From Eledone cirrhosa (Eukaryota), in contig OZ024741.1 of the NCBI GenBank assembly GCA_964016885.1, positions 226,052,001-226,116,000 on the forward strand: a stretch of DNA of 64,000 nt, read 5' to 3'. Position numbers and translations under genes: made by a program. Below, in pieces: positions 27,591-43,275 of this stretch (the stretch's first letter is position 1; the number at the start of each line of letters is the position of its first letter). Below the pieces are notes generated by a model. The model saw nothing but the letters and a program-made list of their open reading frames with translations, made no database searches and was not told the origin of the DNA.

Positions 27591-28618
27591 GGGGAATAAG
27601 ACAAAGAGAGAGCGAAAAAGTGGGTCAAATTAATAGATAGACAGATAGATGCTTTTATATGAATTGGTAGAGACAAATATGCCACAGATGTTATTGTCTG
27701 CTGAATGTAATTGATTAGTTAGACCGATTAGAAACCCATCGATGTCAGTTTTAATAATTGAGTGTCTAATTCATTTATGAAAACACCGAAATTACACCTC
27801 TTCTATATATTGTCAACGCAGTTCGGAGATTTCGCTATTACTAGACCAGACTTTGACGTTGAATTAGCAAATTAACCACATTCAACATTACACCGGATAT
27901 AGGAGATGTCTGCTATAGCTCCAACTAGAGAAAGCGATGAAACCTATAACATTTTTATAAAAAGTGTTGATATATTTCTGCTCGAGCGGCCACATCACAC
28001 AGCCGCTAGAGTGAAGGGGAAGATAATTTGCAATATTCATTTCGGCTCTCTGCGTTCAGATCACACCGATGGCAACTTTGCTTTTATCTTTTCGACGACG
28101 GTATATAAAGTGCAAGTAGAGTTGATTCTTAACTTCATCACTATCTTTGGAAAAATTTGGCTATGGGTAACCCTGGTGAGTGATGGGTGCCGGCAGGTTT
28201 AAAATGCCTCTGAGATGCCGTATGTCAGTACGGCGATCCTACCAATCATTCAGGTATTAGGAAAACAGTAAAATACAATCTTTTCTACAATACAATTTTT
28301 TCTCACGTTTTCTATGGGTCACAGTGTGGCTTGATCGTTATGAATTTCACTTCGCAATGACATAATTATGAATTCGATAACACTGTGTTTTAATTCAGGC
28401 ACGTGTATTCTATTACAGAAAGCAGGAGCCTAATAATTGAATTGCCTCGGGTTCACCTACAAATGGTAAGAGAAATTTGCAAGATGGAAACTGTGCAGAA
28501 GCCAATCTTATGTATTCCTTTTCCGGTTTCCATCACATAGGATTACGGGTGGGGCGCCAGACACATAATTGATCTCACACACACACACGCACACACACAC
28601 ACATATATATATATATAC

Positions 28619-28807
28619 GTTATTCCGGGTTGAATCGGAGGTAACCACAGTAAGTAAGGTACTCAATACAAAGCAGAGTATAAAAGTTTTAATATAGATG
28701 AGATTCTACAGGACTAGAACTGTTTCATTCATTAGAAATCATCAGGAATCCTGATGATTTCTAATGAATGAAACAGTTCTAGTCCTGTAGAATCTCATCT
28801 ATATTAA

Positions 28808-28810
<3 letters not shown>
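28619..28810. mobile_element. Family A fold-back element; palindrome 28686-28810 with two head-to-head HHRs
   Basis: Centre at 28748. Minus strand 28702-28750: GATTC-CTGATGA-TTTC-taat-GAAT-GAAA-CAG-ttctagtc-CTG-TA-GAATC. Confidence 0.85.
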
Positions 28811-28849
<39 letters not shown>

Positions 28850-28960
28850 ATATACATATATAAACATTTATATATATATATATAAACATATACATATATA
28901 AACGTATATATATATATATATAAACATATACATATATAAACGTATATATATAATATATAT

Positions 28961-29056
<96 letters not shown>

Positions 29057-29108
29057 TTAATAAACATTTATCGTACTGCCTCTCTGTTCTGTCCCTGTTC
29101 AATTTTTC

Positions 29109-29183
<75 letters not shown>

Positions 29184-29195
29184 TAATATATATAT

Positions 29196-29228
<33 letters not shown>

Positions 29229-29229
<1 letters not shown>

Positions 29230-29420
29230 ATATAGAAAAGGCTTCTACAGGACTACAACTGTTTAATTCGGGAGAAATCATCAGAAGGCCCTGGTGATTT
29301 TTCCCGAATGAAACAGTTCTAGTCCTGTAGAAGCCTTTTCTATATTAAATATTTATACTCTGCTTTGTATTTAGTAACTTACTTACTGTGGTTACCCCCG
29401 ATTGAACCCAGGATAAACTT
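29229..29420. mobile_element. Family A fold-back element, opposite orientation, both HHRs mutated
   Basis: Same sequence; cores CTGGTGA (+) and TAAAC (-). Confidence 0.8.
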
Positions 29421-30240
<820 letters not shown>

Positions 30241-30286
30241 CCATTTTCTGCTGTTTTCTTATTTTCATTATATATATATAAATAAT

Positions 30287-30466
30287 GGTGGTTGGCAGTA
30301 TCGGTAGAGGGTCGGACGCCATGCTTTCCAGCATAGTTACCTCCCTTTACGATCTGAGTTCAAATCCCACCGAGGTTGACTTTGCCTTTCATCCTTACGG
30401 GGTCAATAAAATAAAGTACCAGTAATGCAGTGGGTAATTGCTGGCCTTGTGCCTAAAGTAGAAACA
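30287..30466 (+). mobile_element. SINE copy
   Basis: Near-consensus copy; possible TSD ATTATATATATATA. Confidence 0.9.
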
Positions 30467-30755
30467 ATTATATATATATATATATATATATACATGTGTA
30501 TGTACAAATACATACGCACGCAAACACACACACACTCACGCTAATATCAATACACATATATTGAAAACTATAACAACCATTAATTCTGTAATTAGACTTA
30601 ATTGAGGTGGGGAAGAAACTGGACGGTCGACTTTTAAGCAATGTTGTCGCATATCGATTATATAAATACCATCCTTGATTTATTTATGTCGAAATGCTAT
30701 TTTTCTTTATATTGCAACTGAAGCCGACAGTTTCTACATTATTTGTATTTCTTAG

Positions 30756-30785
30756 TGGAAGATATAACACATAATTCATGTCATG
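30756..30785 (+). other. Candidate 30-nt host microexon
   Basis: ATTTGTATTTCTTAG|...CATG|GTGAGT; open in phase 1 (EDITHNSCH). Confidence 0.35.
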
Positions 30786-31049
30786 GTGAGTATATTTTCG
30801 TCTGTTTTGTAGTCAATTTTGGGTTAATACCACTTCGTGAGAAAACATGCGGGACGATTTATATTGCTTAAAATATAAAAAGTTTATCATAAATGAAAAC
30901 AGATATTTATTCAAATTAAACTCACAAAGTTGGTTTAAAAACTATCGATGATTACATAAACATTAAAAAAGAAAGATAAAATCAGAATCAATGAGAAAAA
31001 ATTGGGATACTGTCTGTATCGAAAAATAGAGGAAAAGACTATAAATGCC

Positions 31050-31490
31050 TTAAATGAGAGAAAAAGGAGGAAAAATGCAAGGACTCTTGGGCCACTGAAG
31101 AAAGGTCGGGAAAGGGGAGAGGGTGCTGGGCTCTGACTCTAGGACAGGGCGTTGTTTGGGCTGCGCCATTCGGACAAACCTGCAGAGGCATTTCCACGGA
31201 CAATGACCAGTAACACCCGCTGCAACACCCACCCCACCTCGCTGGGCCCCTTCCTCAGACGGGCTTCTGACGTACCAATTTTGCGGAGGAGCTAGGTAGT
31301 AGGGGATCTGAAGACACCTGAGGTTTCGATGGAGACCGGTGCGAAGAGATGGCGGCCGGACAAGCCACGGTGTTTGTTTGCCTTCCTAGCCTCTGTGAGT
31401 CGCAGCACCGGGTTTCTGGCTGAAGTGACTAAGTTGGAGGCAGAGATCATAATTTTGATTGTTCATCTTCCGAACTATTCAGTGGATGCC
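31050..31490 (-). mobile_element. Decayed CRE-like RLE retrotransposon C-terminus
   Basis: EARKANKHRGLSGRHLFAPVSIETSGVF...LLRKIG...LQRVLLVIVRGNA matches the E..K..KY...F.P...ET.G...QR....RGNA pattern. Confidence 0.55.
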
Positions 31491-31529
31491 ACAGACACTA
31501 AATATCCTGGTCTATATGATATATATATA

Positions 31530-32397
31530 TTTTTTTTTCTTTATTTGCCACAAGGGCGCACAAGAAAAGGGGACAATACATAGATATATGCCGGGAATTT
31601 TACATACAGTCGTGTAAAAATATTATTAAAACAAATTTAACAATCGAAATCTCCAATAGGGGGGAGGTGTTGGTGTTGTAACACCTCCCCCCTATATATA
31701 GAACAACTACAAACTCCAGGAGCATGTGCAAGGGTTCTTTTCTTCCTTTTGCTCTCTTCCTCAACTTACAGGTTTATATACAGAGAAGGCCCAATCACTC
31801 GGGCCATTTTTGCTACATTCACCCACCTTTCAGTAAATTTACTGGGGTGCTGTGCCTCTCGCTCCACTCTGATTCTCCTTCTAAAGTGTTACCTAAAGAA
31901 GGGAATGAGTTGTTGTCCGGAGAGAAAGGCATCTGTCCTCAGTCCTCTCAATCTCGTCCACCATATAACCTCTTTTACCATAGCCACTATACAGAGGATA
32001 ACCGCCTCTCTTTCGTTTATGAAAGAAGTTGGTGGTTTGATCCTTACTATGGACTCTAGGCAGTCAACTGGATTTGTCCCATACGCAACAGCAGTTGTTC
32101 TGCGTAGTTCCACAGGTTGGTTACGCCCGTCCAGTGTACAATTGCGTGTAGGACGGTTTCAATGGCCTGCTCGCATCTTGGACAGTCCTCTTGGAAGGAT
32201 CCCTGCCGGGGCGTCCGTGCCTGTAGATCTTGTCTCAAACTGGTAGAGCTCCTTGGTAGCACTGCCAGGCCAGGGACCTCTGTAAGTTGTACATAGGTCC
32301 CGGGCGGAAAGTTCTACCGAACAGACTGATGAGCTCGTCGTCTTCAACTCCCAGAGTCTCTCCGAGCACGTCGTCACACTTGTGACGTACTAACCCT
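31530..32397 (-). mobile_element. Tx1/L1-group LINE 3' fragment (third copy)
   Basis: IKPP...EREAVILCIVAMVKEVIWWTRL; 3' end GCCCTTGTGGCAAATAAAGAAAAAAAA. Confidence 0.88.
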
Positions 32398-32751
32398 GTC
32401 TTTTATGAACTTAGTTAAAGTGCAACCGAGTTCAACTTTAACTGTCACCCGTGTATGAAATAAGTTACAGAAGTTTATTTAATCAAAATTGCACTTACTC
32501 TAAATTTGCTGACCTTGTGCCTAAATTAAGAAATTAATATCAATATAGTATATGTCTGTCTGTTCGTCTTTAGCTTCGTCCTTTTACCACCCGCGTTCAA
32601 GAGAGGTCAATGTAGCTGTCATCTTTGAAGGTTTGATGAAAATGTACCACGTGAATTGTTTTCAGCCCAAGATAAACTTTGATAGAGTAGAATTATAATT
32701 CAAGGCATTTCAGCTATGACCATCTCAGATTTTCTTACATGTTGTCTTTAG

Positions 32752-32822
32752 GTTCCTCGTGGATATTTATAGATACATTGCTGAGGTATACCCGCACCGG
32801 GCAAGTTTTCATCGATAGTGAA
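32752..32822 (+). other. Candidate host exon
   Basis: TTGTCTTTAG|GTTCC...GAA|GTATAT; open frame SSWIFIDTLLRYTRTGQVFIDSE; phase-compatible with neighbouring candidates. Confidence 0.3.
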
Positions 32823-32961
32823 GTATATACGATAGAAAAACCGGACAGCGCTTTTACCTTTTAGTAACCTACTAAATAATCAGAGATAGTTACAACTCTC
32901 ATGAGATAACATTGACTCTTATGGTATCTTATGTTTCTCAAATATCATCTATAACTCATAT

Positions 32962-33136
32962 AGGGCATAGAGATATGCCCCCTTATGCTGCGATCTCAAA
33001 TGCCGCTGAAGTTAGCTTTGCCATTCATCCTAACAGGGTCACTAAAACAAAGCACCAGTGATGGGCTGGGGTCTATTTAATGGAATTTCCACTCCCCTTC
33101 AAATTGCTAACCTTGTGCCCTATAGTAGAAACAATT
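32962..33136 (+). mobile_element. 5'-truncated diverged SINE with 15-bp TSD
   Basis: TSD ATCTATAACTCATAT at 32947-32961 and 33137-33151. Confidence 0.8.
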
Positions 33137-33675
33137 ATCTATAACTCATATGGCATAACTTCGACTCAGGTACATATCTGTAACTCTCGTGTAAATAGTA
33201 TTTAAAGTTACTGGCACTTATATGACATACGAAAGACAAATCACACACAGAAAAAGTAACTACGACACATACGATGAATGAAAATGTTATGATAATTGCG
33301 ACTTAATTATTATTTTTAGTGGTATAGGATTACTATGACTGTCAGAAATAATTATGACACATATCATAGCTGTGTCTGAAAATTTGGCTTTGGAAAATGG
33401 CAGAAATTTGGTGATTGTTAAATCATACAAAATTGGTCTGTTTTTCGAGATAAACATAATAGAATACATTTATGTGTGTTTCATACGTTTCAGAAATTAT
33501 TCAGAAAATAGATTTTACAAGGTAAAAACACAATTTGGCGCATTATAGACTCCATTAAATAAATGTGTTTCATTCATTATCAAAAAGCAAAAATGCATTA
33601 TAGAATATGAGTATCGTCTGACGCTTTTCTTTTGAACTCTATGTATGTGTGTATGTATGTATGTATAAATGTATG

Positions 33676-33741
<66 letters not shown>

Positions 33742-33972
33742 TATGTATGTGTGAATGTGTATGTATGTATATATATATAATATACATATATATGTATGTA
33801 TGTGGGTAGGTGTGAATGTATTAAATCATATTATATAATATATATTATATTATATCATATGACGAATATTTTAAAAGAAATAAGTAACGAGAACAATATT
33901 GTTTTTGCCGAATTTAATGTTCATTTCTACACGTTGCAAACAATTTATTGTTGTTTATAATATAATATATTG

Positions 33973-34011
<39 letters not shown>

Positions 34012-34019
34012 TAACTTTA

Positions 34020-34622
34020 AACCAGATACAAAGAGAAAAGTTATGCAGTGGAAACAACACTCCTCACCTGTTCCAAAGAAGGTAAAGTTCGTTTCATCTG
34101 CAGGGAAGTTGATGCCCTCAGTTTATTGGCATGCAGAAGGCAGTGTGTTTACTGAATATCTTCAAAAGGACTACACCACAATGGAGAGTACTATACCAAC
34201 TTGCTGAGGCAGTTACGAAATGCTATCAAAACCAAACTGATGAAATGGTTCTTGTCTCATTTGGACAATGCACCAGTACTCAAGTGTTTAGTTTCAATGG
34301 CTGTCATGCGTGACTGGATTTGAACTGGTTGATCACCCTCTCTTCACCCCATCTCTAACTATCACCTGTTCCCCGACATGACAAAACACTTCTCTGACAA
34401 CCTGTATGGCGCAGTGAAGATGACGTCACATCTACTGTTGATGACTTGTTTTACCATGAGGACGAACACATCTTCACCAATGGGATCCAGGCACTGCAAC
34501 AGCGATGGAAAAAGTGTGTGGACCGCAAGAGAGACTATGTTGAAAAATAAACTTCATTTGGTCACGTTCCATGAATGATGAAATTATCTTGGTCAGCCTA
34601 TGAACTTTTCCGCTGCCCCTAG
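34020..34622 (+). mobile_element. Mariner transposase 3' half (decayed) with right TIR
   Basis: MQWK..SSP.PKK.K...SAGKLM, HLDNAP, YHLFP.M.K, RWKKCV..K.DYVEK* (stop 34550); TIR-like GAACTTTTCCGCTGCCCCT. Confidence 0.85.
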
Positions 34623-34629
34623 TTGATAT

Positions 34630-35753
<1,124 letters not shown>

Positions 35754-35757
<4 letters not shown>

Positions 35758-36346
35758 TGACTGCCAACTCGTTTTCGAGTACGGCCACTACTTTATATCC
35801 ATGTAGGTGAACTCCTACCGATGCACTCAACAAGTGTGACTTTTTAGTCCAGCAAGCGACTTGAAAGCTCTGGTACAAACACTACACTTGTGACAATTAT
35901 TGACACATAGTGCTGGGCCCATGGTACCATGTGACGACAAGTACAGAGAGATCTACAGATATAAAGCAATGCCTGTGCCGTGAAGCTTTTATAGTGAGCA
36001 AAGGCACTGCACAAAGCCAGTCCCATTCTCTTAACCAAGATGATATTTACCAAAAAGAAGGACAAGTCAACATCATTGGATACCATCAGGGTTGCAGGTG
36101 TTATATCAGAGTTTTCCTTCTCCTAGAATTCTGCTTTGACAAAGGCTAAGGGGTCATCTCTCCCGGTGATTTTGGATGGCCATTGACTCTTAAGAGCTCC
36201 TTTGCCCTTTGACAGGTTTTGTTTTTAGTTCTGCAGGATGTCCAAAGTCACCCTCCTCACCAAGAAACCTTGGTGGGGTTGCCAGTTTAGTCGCCAACGA
36301 CCCGACCATGGGACAGGTTGTACTGGGATACACTGGTGACCTGACA
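35754..36346 (-). mobile_element. Non-autonomous ~600-bp retroelement with RTE-5'UTR-like sequence
   Basis: Near-identical to 46865-47475 and 56104-56216; CTAGGAGAAGGAAAACTCTGA motif; no credible ORF. Confidence 0.8.
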
Positions 36347-36362
36347 TACATATATATATATC

Positions 36363-36428
<66 letters not shown>

Positions 36429-36624
36429 CATACATATATGTTTATATGCATAGCCAGCTATCTATCTACTATTATATAATCATAATATATATGTATTCAC
36501 ACACACCATGATTTAGGGTGCGTTAACATTTTTTTCAATTTCAAATTATATAGATTTGGACTAAGATTAATTTTCTCTATACAACGGATATATGAAACCG
36601 ACTTTTATTATTTGAGTGCCGTCA

Positions 36625-36814
36625 AGGGCGGTGGATTGGCAGTATCAGTAGAGGATCGGACACCATGCTTTGCAGCATAGAGTTACGCCCCTTTATGATT
36701 GAGTTCAAATCCTGCCGAGGTTAGCTTTGCCTTTCATCCTACGGGGTCGATAAAATAAAGCACCAGTAATGCACATACCCCAACATTGCTGGCATTGTGC
36801 CAATAGTAGAAATC
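36625..36814 (+). mobile_element. SINE with 18-bp TSD
   Basis: ATTATTTGAGTGC(C/A)GTCA at 36607-36624 and 36815-36832. Confidence 0.92.
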
Positions 36815-37353
36815 ATTATTTGAGTGCAGTCATTTGACAAATCCCCGCCTCCTGTTAAAAACTAGTACAAAATACATCAGGGAATATGTTCCGGTTGTTA
36901 ACACTCTAAGGTTCAGATCCTACATATGTCAATTTTGTTATTCATATTTCCGGGGTGGATAAAATTAGCATCAGTCAAGTAATAGAATCGTTTTAATCTA
37001 CTTCACACACTTTCACTCAAATTGCTGGCCTTTTGCCACAATTGGAAAACTTTGCTCGTATAATTATATTTAGTAGTAACAATAGTTTGAGGAAGAGGAG
37101 GAGGAGAAGGAGGAGGAAGAGGAGCTACTCTATCACTAAAGTAAAGACTGGCTTTTCAATTTCTATTATGCCATATTGATAGCAATAACCGCTTAATTCC
37201 ATTTACGTCTTGGCTATCGATATATGCATTTATCATTGTAAACAATGTGTATAACTTTGTAACTTATCTATGTATCTCACTCATTCGTTCAACTATCAGT
37301 CCATACTTAGAACATTTGATTAATTATATATATATATGTGTGTGTGTCTATGT

Positions 37354-37418
<65 letters not shown>

Positions 37419-38328
37419 TTTCCTTGATAGATTAACATATCATTGCATGGAGACTACGGAATGCAAGTCAATGTAGTAAATAGTTTCCCAATAGATGTCT
37501 CATCACGTGATATTGACCAGTCATTAGAACATGAAATCAACTTGGATTAGATGATCTAATTTTATCAAAATAACTATGCTGTTACTTACTGTCTCTTTCA
37601 CGTTTTCCCAATTACATCGAACACAGATATTGCTCTGTCAACGAAATTGTGCCAGTTAATTTTTGAGAAATCTTGCTAATTTCAATGTACAAATAGCGGA
37701 AGTGGATAAACGGCTTATGGGACGTTGGGCCCTATCATATTACTGGTATCCATCACATTATGCCCAATGTTAAGCATTATACCTTGTGTGGCGAAATGGC
37801 AGAGCTGTTACAACGTTAGAAAGAACGGTTTGAGGGTTTTCCTTCTGGCTCTCTGAGTTCAAATCCCACCGGTCAATTTTGCCTTTCATCCATTCGAGGT
37901 CAATAAAAAAAGTAGCAATCCGTCAATGGAGGTCAAACCTTCTTCTATATCTCTTTTTTTCTACGTATCTCTCACTCTCCTTCTCACTCTCACTTTCTCT
38001 CCAAGACATCGACTGTGTTCCGGCCTGAAGAGGGATGGGCACCGCTAGGTTTAAACAGCTCAAGATTGTATGTAACGACAGCACCCACACAATTCCATCA
38101 CGAGTTACGGGCCGATACATTCGTGTGAATTAAATCTGAAATGTGTTTGACCATTTAGTTGTAAATATGTTGTAGAAGTTAGAAATGTATATGAGAGATA
38201 GAACACTAATATAAAAGGATGTCAGATATTGAGACCACATCCTTCTCTTGGTTTGTTATGAAATGTATGGTCTCCGACTATATAAGTTGCTTGCCATACG
38301 TACCACGATTTTTAACGTTACTCTATAG

Positions 38329-38413
38329 GAAACTAAATTACAAAGTTATATCCCTCTAGCAAATAAGATAGGATGGAAGCCAGATATTGAGTCCGATTTG
38401 CCTGGTGAAGTTC
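38329..38413 (+). other. Candidate host exon (85 nt)
   Basis: TTACTCTATAG|GAAACT...GTTC|GTAAGT; open frame ETKLQSYIPLANKIGWKPDIESDLPGEV. Confidence 0.4.
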
Positions 38414-39143
38414 GTAAGTTCGTAATATTAGTACCACTACAGTCAGTCAGCTTAACATAATTTCTTGCGGATTGGGGGGAGGGGTAAATTTGGGATAATA
38501 GATTAATTTCATTGATATGATTTTCAGGTTTTGTTAATTGGACATGAAGTATTTGGAGAGTGATTTTGCCTGACTTAGAAGTTGCTTTATTGTGTTAAAC
38601 GTTCTGTTTCTGTAACAGAGTAATTGTATTTGCGTTGTGGTATTTGGTTAGTTTGATCTTGTATTAGTTTACTATTATTTTCTTGATATTTGGTAGGGTT
38701 CTGAGAGAGAGGAATTATATATGTTATACTACATACGATATTCTAAGACAGCTCGGTCGGAAAAGTGAATTTGATTAATTCAGTTGAATCATTTCGAATG
38801 CTTTATTTACTTAACCATTACAACAAAAGTCGACAATTTCGTGAGGAATACTCAGATTGTTGAGAAATCCTATGTAGCGAAATATGATGAAACATTTAGG
38901 CTTACATTATTCATTACGATTTTCTGTGTTGCTTCAAAGAATTCATGTCTACTTATTCTTTTGTATTATTTTAACGAAAGGTCTTGCATTATCTCAAAGT
39001 TATTTAATTGCTGTGTGGGTGATTATGTTATTTTTAAATGACTGGGTAACTATTTATCAGATAGATACGATACGTATCTGTTATTGTTGTTGTTGCTGAG
39101 CAACAGTTCATTTCTGATCAAGCAGTCCTACTATCAAGCCACT

Positions 39144-39200
<57 letters not shown>

Positions 39201-39202
<2 letters not shown>

Positions 39203-39322
39203 TTATTCCAGGTTGAATCGGAGGTAAACACAGTAAGTAAGGTACTCAATACATAGCAGAGTATAAAAGTTTAATATAGAAGAGCTTCTACAGGACTAGA
39301 ACTGTTTCATTCGTGAGAAATA
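39201..39322 (-). mobile_element. Family A single-arm copy truncated inside the HHR
   Basis: Matches 28619-28738 and stops just before CATCAG. Confidence 0.8.
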
Positions 39323-39560
39323 TAATATACATACATAAACAACATCATCCTGGCACAAAAATTGTGTTCTCATCAGATAAAATAAGGTAACATGATATGA
39401 GGCCTAAAAACACATGTCAACAAGAAAGTGTTCAGTCTACATATGACAGAAATATAAGAGTACGAAAAAGATAGGAAAATACGAGAAAAGGAAAGAAGGA
39501 AAAAAAGGAAAAAGAAATAGAAGAGAGGAAAAAAGGAAAAAGAAAGAAGGAAGAGAGAGA

Positions 39561-39633
<73 letters not shown>

Positions 39634-39775
39634 TTGATCAGGAACGCAGTCAAAAAGAAAACAGCTGTAAATAACGGCTAAAAAGTAAATTGATGAGGTG
39701 TATGTGCGAATATTATAGAAGGTGTTCAAATATTAGAGGTCTAAAATATAGAAACTGGGTATATTATTTTATATT

Positions 39776-39966
39776 ATATAGGGCGGTGAATTGGCAGTAT
39801 CAGTAGAGGGTCGGACGCCATGCTTTCCAGCATAGTTACGTCCCTTTACGGACTGAGCTCAAATCCCGCCGAGGTTAACTTTGCCTTTCATCCTTACGGG
39901 GTCGATAAAATAAAGTACCAGTAATACACTGGAGTAATTGCTGGCCTTGTGCCAAATGTAGAAACA
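39776..39966 (+). mobile_element. SINE nested in one PLE repeat
   Basis: TSD ATTATTTTATATT at 39763-39775 and 39967-39979; absent from the mirror repeat near 42360. Confidence 0.93.
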
Positions 39967-40431
39967 ATTATTTTATATTGGATTTAAATACTAAAAATTG
40001 GAGATTAAGAAGTGTAAAAATGTATTAATAAAATAAAATTAAATAAAATTAAAATAAGTATAAAAATTGTTTTTAAAATAAAATAAAATACAATAAAAAA
40101 TAAAAATAAAAATAGTCTATCTATGTCAAAATTAAAAATTTCTGTTAAAAATCTATATATGTGGGGTATACTATTTAATTATTATTTTATATCAACAAGT
40201 AAATAAAGGAAATTGCTTGAATGATTCATAAACGTAGTAAAACATATGACGTCATAGTTTGTTTACAAAATCTACGAAGGTTTGAACGAAAATTTAAGGC
40301 TATCGAAAAAAGATCAAAGGCTTAAAATATGCTGAGAAAACTGAATTAATACATTGTAGAATATAATGAAATATGTGTACAAAATATGTGTAAAAAAATT
40401 AACCGTTATTCGTGGAATATGTTATAGGACA

Positions 40432-42190
40432 TTAGCTATATACTTTGTGAAAGGTTCTGAAGGATTTATGATTACAAAGACCAAATAAATCTGTTCTATT
40501 TATTATAGAGTTGAAATTCAAGATAATGGTAAATTTTTCAACTAGACATAAATTACAAACTCTAGATATGGAAGCATTGAAGTATGGAGATACGTTGTAG
40601 ATTTAACGCCAAGAAATTTCGTAATTAATGTTTTTGTCTTTTAAGGACCAAATAAGCTCTGAGAGTGCGGTGCTGGTCCTTTTAAGTGGATATTTAAATG
40701 AAGAAGAATGATTATAGAATCTTGCTTTAAAAGAGGTAGAAGTAGAGCCAATGTAGGTATAGGTATTGGTACTAGTTACCACTTTACATTCATATATTAG
40801 GTTTTTATCGAGACAGAAATTACTAAGAGGACAATTAGTTCTAATTTACGATTAAGATTATTTACAGTGTTATTGGCAAGTGGCCCAGGGTTAATTATAT
40901 TAGGAACTGGAGTGGTGGAATTAACTAAAGGAGGTGCTAAAGTTTCTATATTTACATTACTATTTGATGTATTCCTCAAAGTTACGTTTGACGTCGTATT
41001 TATATTTGTGTTATTTTGCCTAGAGTTTACATTGACGTCGGGCCTTATAGTGTTATTATTATGACTCTCATGGTTGGATGTATATGAGTTATTCTTTAAT
41101 ATTTTAGAATTATGTCTTGAGATAATTTTAGAAAATGTTGGAAGTAGTGGAATATTAGAATTTAATAGTATGCTTATTCAATATCTTGCTATATATATAT
41201 ATATATATATGAAGGAGGGAAGCTGTTATATAAAGCCCTAAAAATAATTTAGGGATATTATTAATAACGGAAAGAGAGAAGGGACCGTTGTACCAAAGGA
41301 TATTTTTTATCTAGGTCTCCTCCTTTTGTTAGTGGTATGATTATTACTAGCTACATTACTAGAGTTACTATAGGCTCTGCCAACATTAGTTTCCTTAATA
41401 TACCTAATTTTGTCTAGATATCCAGCCCTAGATAGCGCATTATTATAATAATTGGCGTTAGCTTCGAAGATATCTTTGTTAGAGGATAAATTAGAAATTC
41501 TTTTTTCCACACTTCTGACTATAGCAGTTTTAACATTATTAGGGTGGTTAGATTTAAAGTGAACGTAATTTAAGTTCTCATTATCCATATGATATGGGTC
41601 ATATAGGCCGGTATCTAGATTAAGGGATATATCAAGGAAATTTGCTAATTTATCATTATTCTCGAATTCAATTTTTAAGTTAACATGCTTAAATAGATCA
41701 AGTGTATTTTTCTTAATAATATTAAAGTTTACTTTGTTACAATTAGAGACAGTAAAAAGAGCATCATCACGATAAATTCCACCGCGAATTTGATGAATTT
41801 TCCGATTTAAAGAGTTCAAGATGAAAATTCCAACCAAGTCGGTCAGTTGAGCTGAATCCGACGAACCCATGGTGATGTCGAAATTGTTGGAAGTATCCGC
41901 TCTTGTCCAATATTCATTGTTAAATTCCAAGATGGTTTTCCTTGCGGTGAGAATAATGTTAATTTCTTCATTAGTGATGTTCGTGTATTTTAACACATAT
42001 GAGAGAGCCTTGTTTAGGAGTGAAGGAGAAATAGAAGCAATGTCTAACTGAATAAATTTTAGTTTGTTTTTATTAATTAAGTCATTGAACCAGTCTATTA
42101 CATCGGAAGAACCCAACATAAATTTGGTTGAGATTTAAACCTAACCTGTGGAATAATTCTATCGAAGTTGGATTTACTAACAACCCCTAG
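40432..42190 (-). pseudogene. PLE RT + C-terminal GIY-YIG endonuclease (broken)
   Basis: FIQLDI, FDITMGSSDSAQLTDLVG, GIYRDDAL, SNHP; LIYECKV..YIGSTSTSFKARFYNH; CNLCLVEK..CNH. Confidence 0.88.
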
Positions 42191-42703
42191 GTCAGATTTA
42201 GATTTTAATTTTGACATAGATAGACTATTTGTATTTATTTTTTTTTATTGTATTTTATTTTATTTTAAAAACCTTTTTATACTTATTTTAATTTAATTTT
42301 ATTTTATTTTATTAATACATTTTTACAATTCTTAATCCAATTTTTCGTATTTAAACCCAATATAAAATAATATACTCAGTTTCTATATTTTAGACCTCTA
42401 ATATTTGAACACCTTCTATAATATTCGCACATACACCTCATCAATTTACTTTTTAGCCGTTATTTAAAGCTGTTTTCTTTTTGACAGCGTGCCTAATCAA
42501 AAGTCTCTCTCTCACTTTCTCTTTCTCTCTATTCCTTCTTTCTTTTTTTCCTTTTTTCCTCTCTTCTATTTCTTTTTCCTTTTTCTCCTTCTTCTTTCCT
42601 TTTCTTCTATTTTCCTATCTTTTCTTACTCTTATATTTCTGTCATATGCAGGATGGACACTTTCTTGTTGACATGTGTTTTTAGGCCTCATATCATGTTA
42701 CCT

Positions 42704-42773
42704 TATTTTATCTGATGGGTACACAATTTTTGTGCCAGGATGATGTTGTTTTCGAAATACGCATAATAAAATA
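42704..42773 (+). ncRNA. Hammerhead in PLE repeat (A9G-mutated; the mirror copy at 39337-39385 has intact CTGATGA but is truncated)
   Basis: TATTTTAT-CTGATGG...TTTTC-GAAA-T-ACGC-ATA-ATAAAATA. Confidence 0.6.
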
Positions 42774-42894
42774 TATGGAACTTCTTTAAACATCTTTTAA
42801 TTTCTTCTTTAATATATACTCCAGTTCTACCAACTGTTGAGTGCTACTTATCTGATATATGCATAGTTTTATTGTTCTACAATATTACTCACCT

Positions 42895-42977
<83 letters not shown>

Positions 42978-43006
42978 ACATATATATATATATATATATA
43001 TAAAAG

Positions 43007-43195
43007 TGTAAAGTCTGTCTTAAGCCACAAGGCTCATTTGATCGGTGCTTATACCGGTTTCGTGGCGTGAAGCGACTGAGAGTAAAAACCTTCCCCACTG
43101 CACAGGACGCCAGTCCATCGCAGGGTTAAACTCTCAGCTATTGCTGGTACTCATTTTCAACTGTGTATACTGGAGCAACGTGAAATCAAGTGTCT

Positions 43196-43198
<3 letters not shown>
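43007..43198 (-). mobile_element. Second SINE family (CORE-like body), 5'-truncated
   Basis: GCAAGACACTTGATTTCACGTTGCTCCAG...AATGAGTACCAGC...CCTGCGATGGACTGGCGTCCTGT. Confidence 0.7.

Positions 43199-43275
<77 letters not shown>

Larger units (their letters stand above)
39337..42895 (-). mobile_element. Penelope-like element (possibly Hydra clade) with inverted 5' repeat
   Basis: Inverted repeats 39337-40140 / 42202-42752; RT and GIY-YIG between them. Confidence 0.88.
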
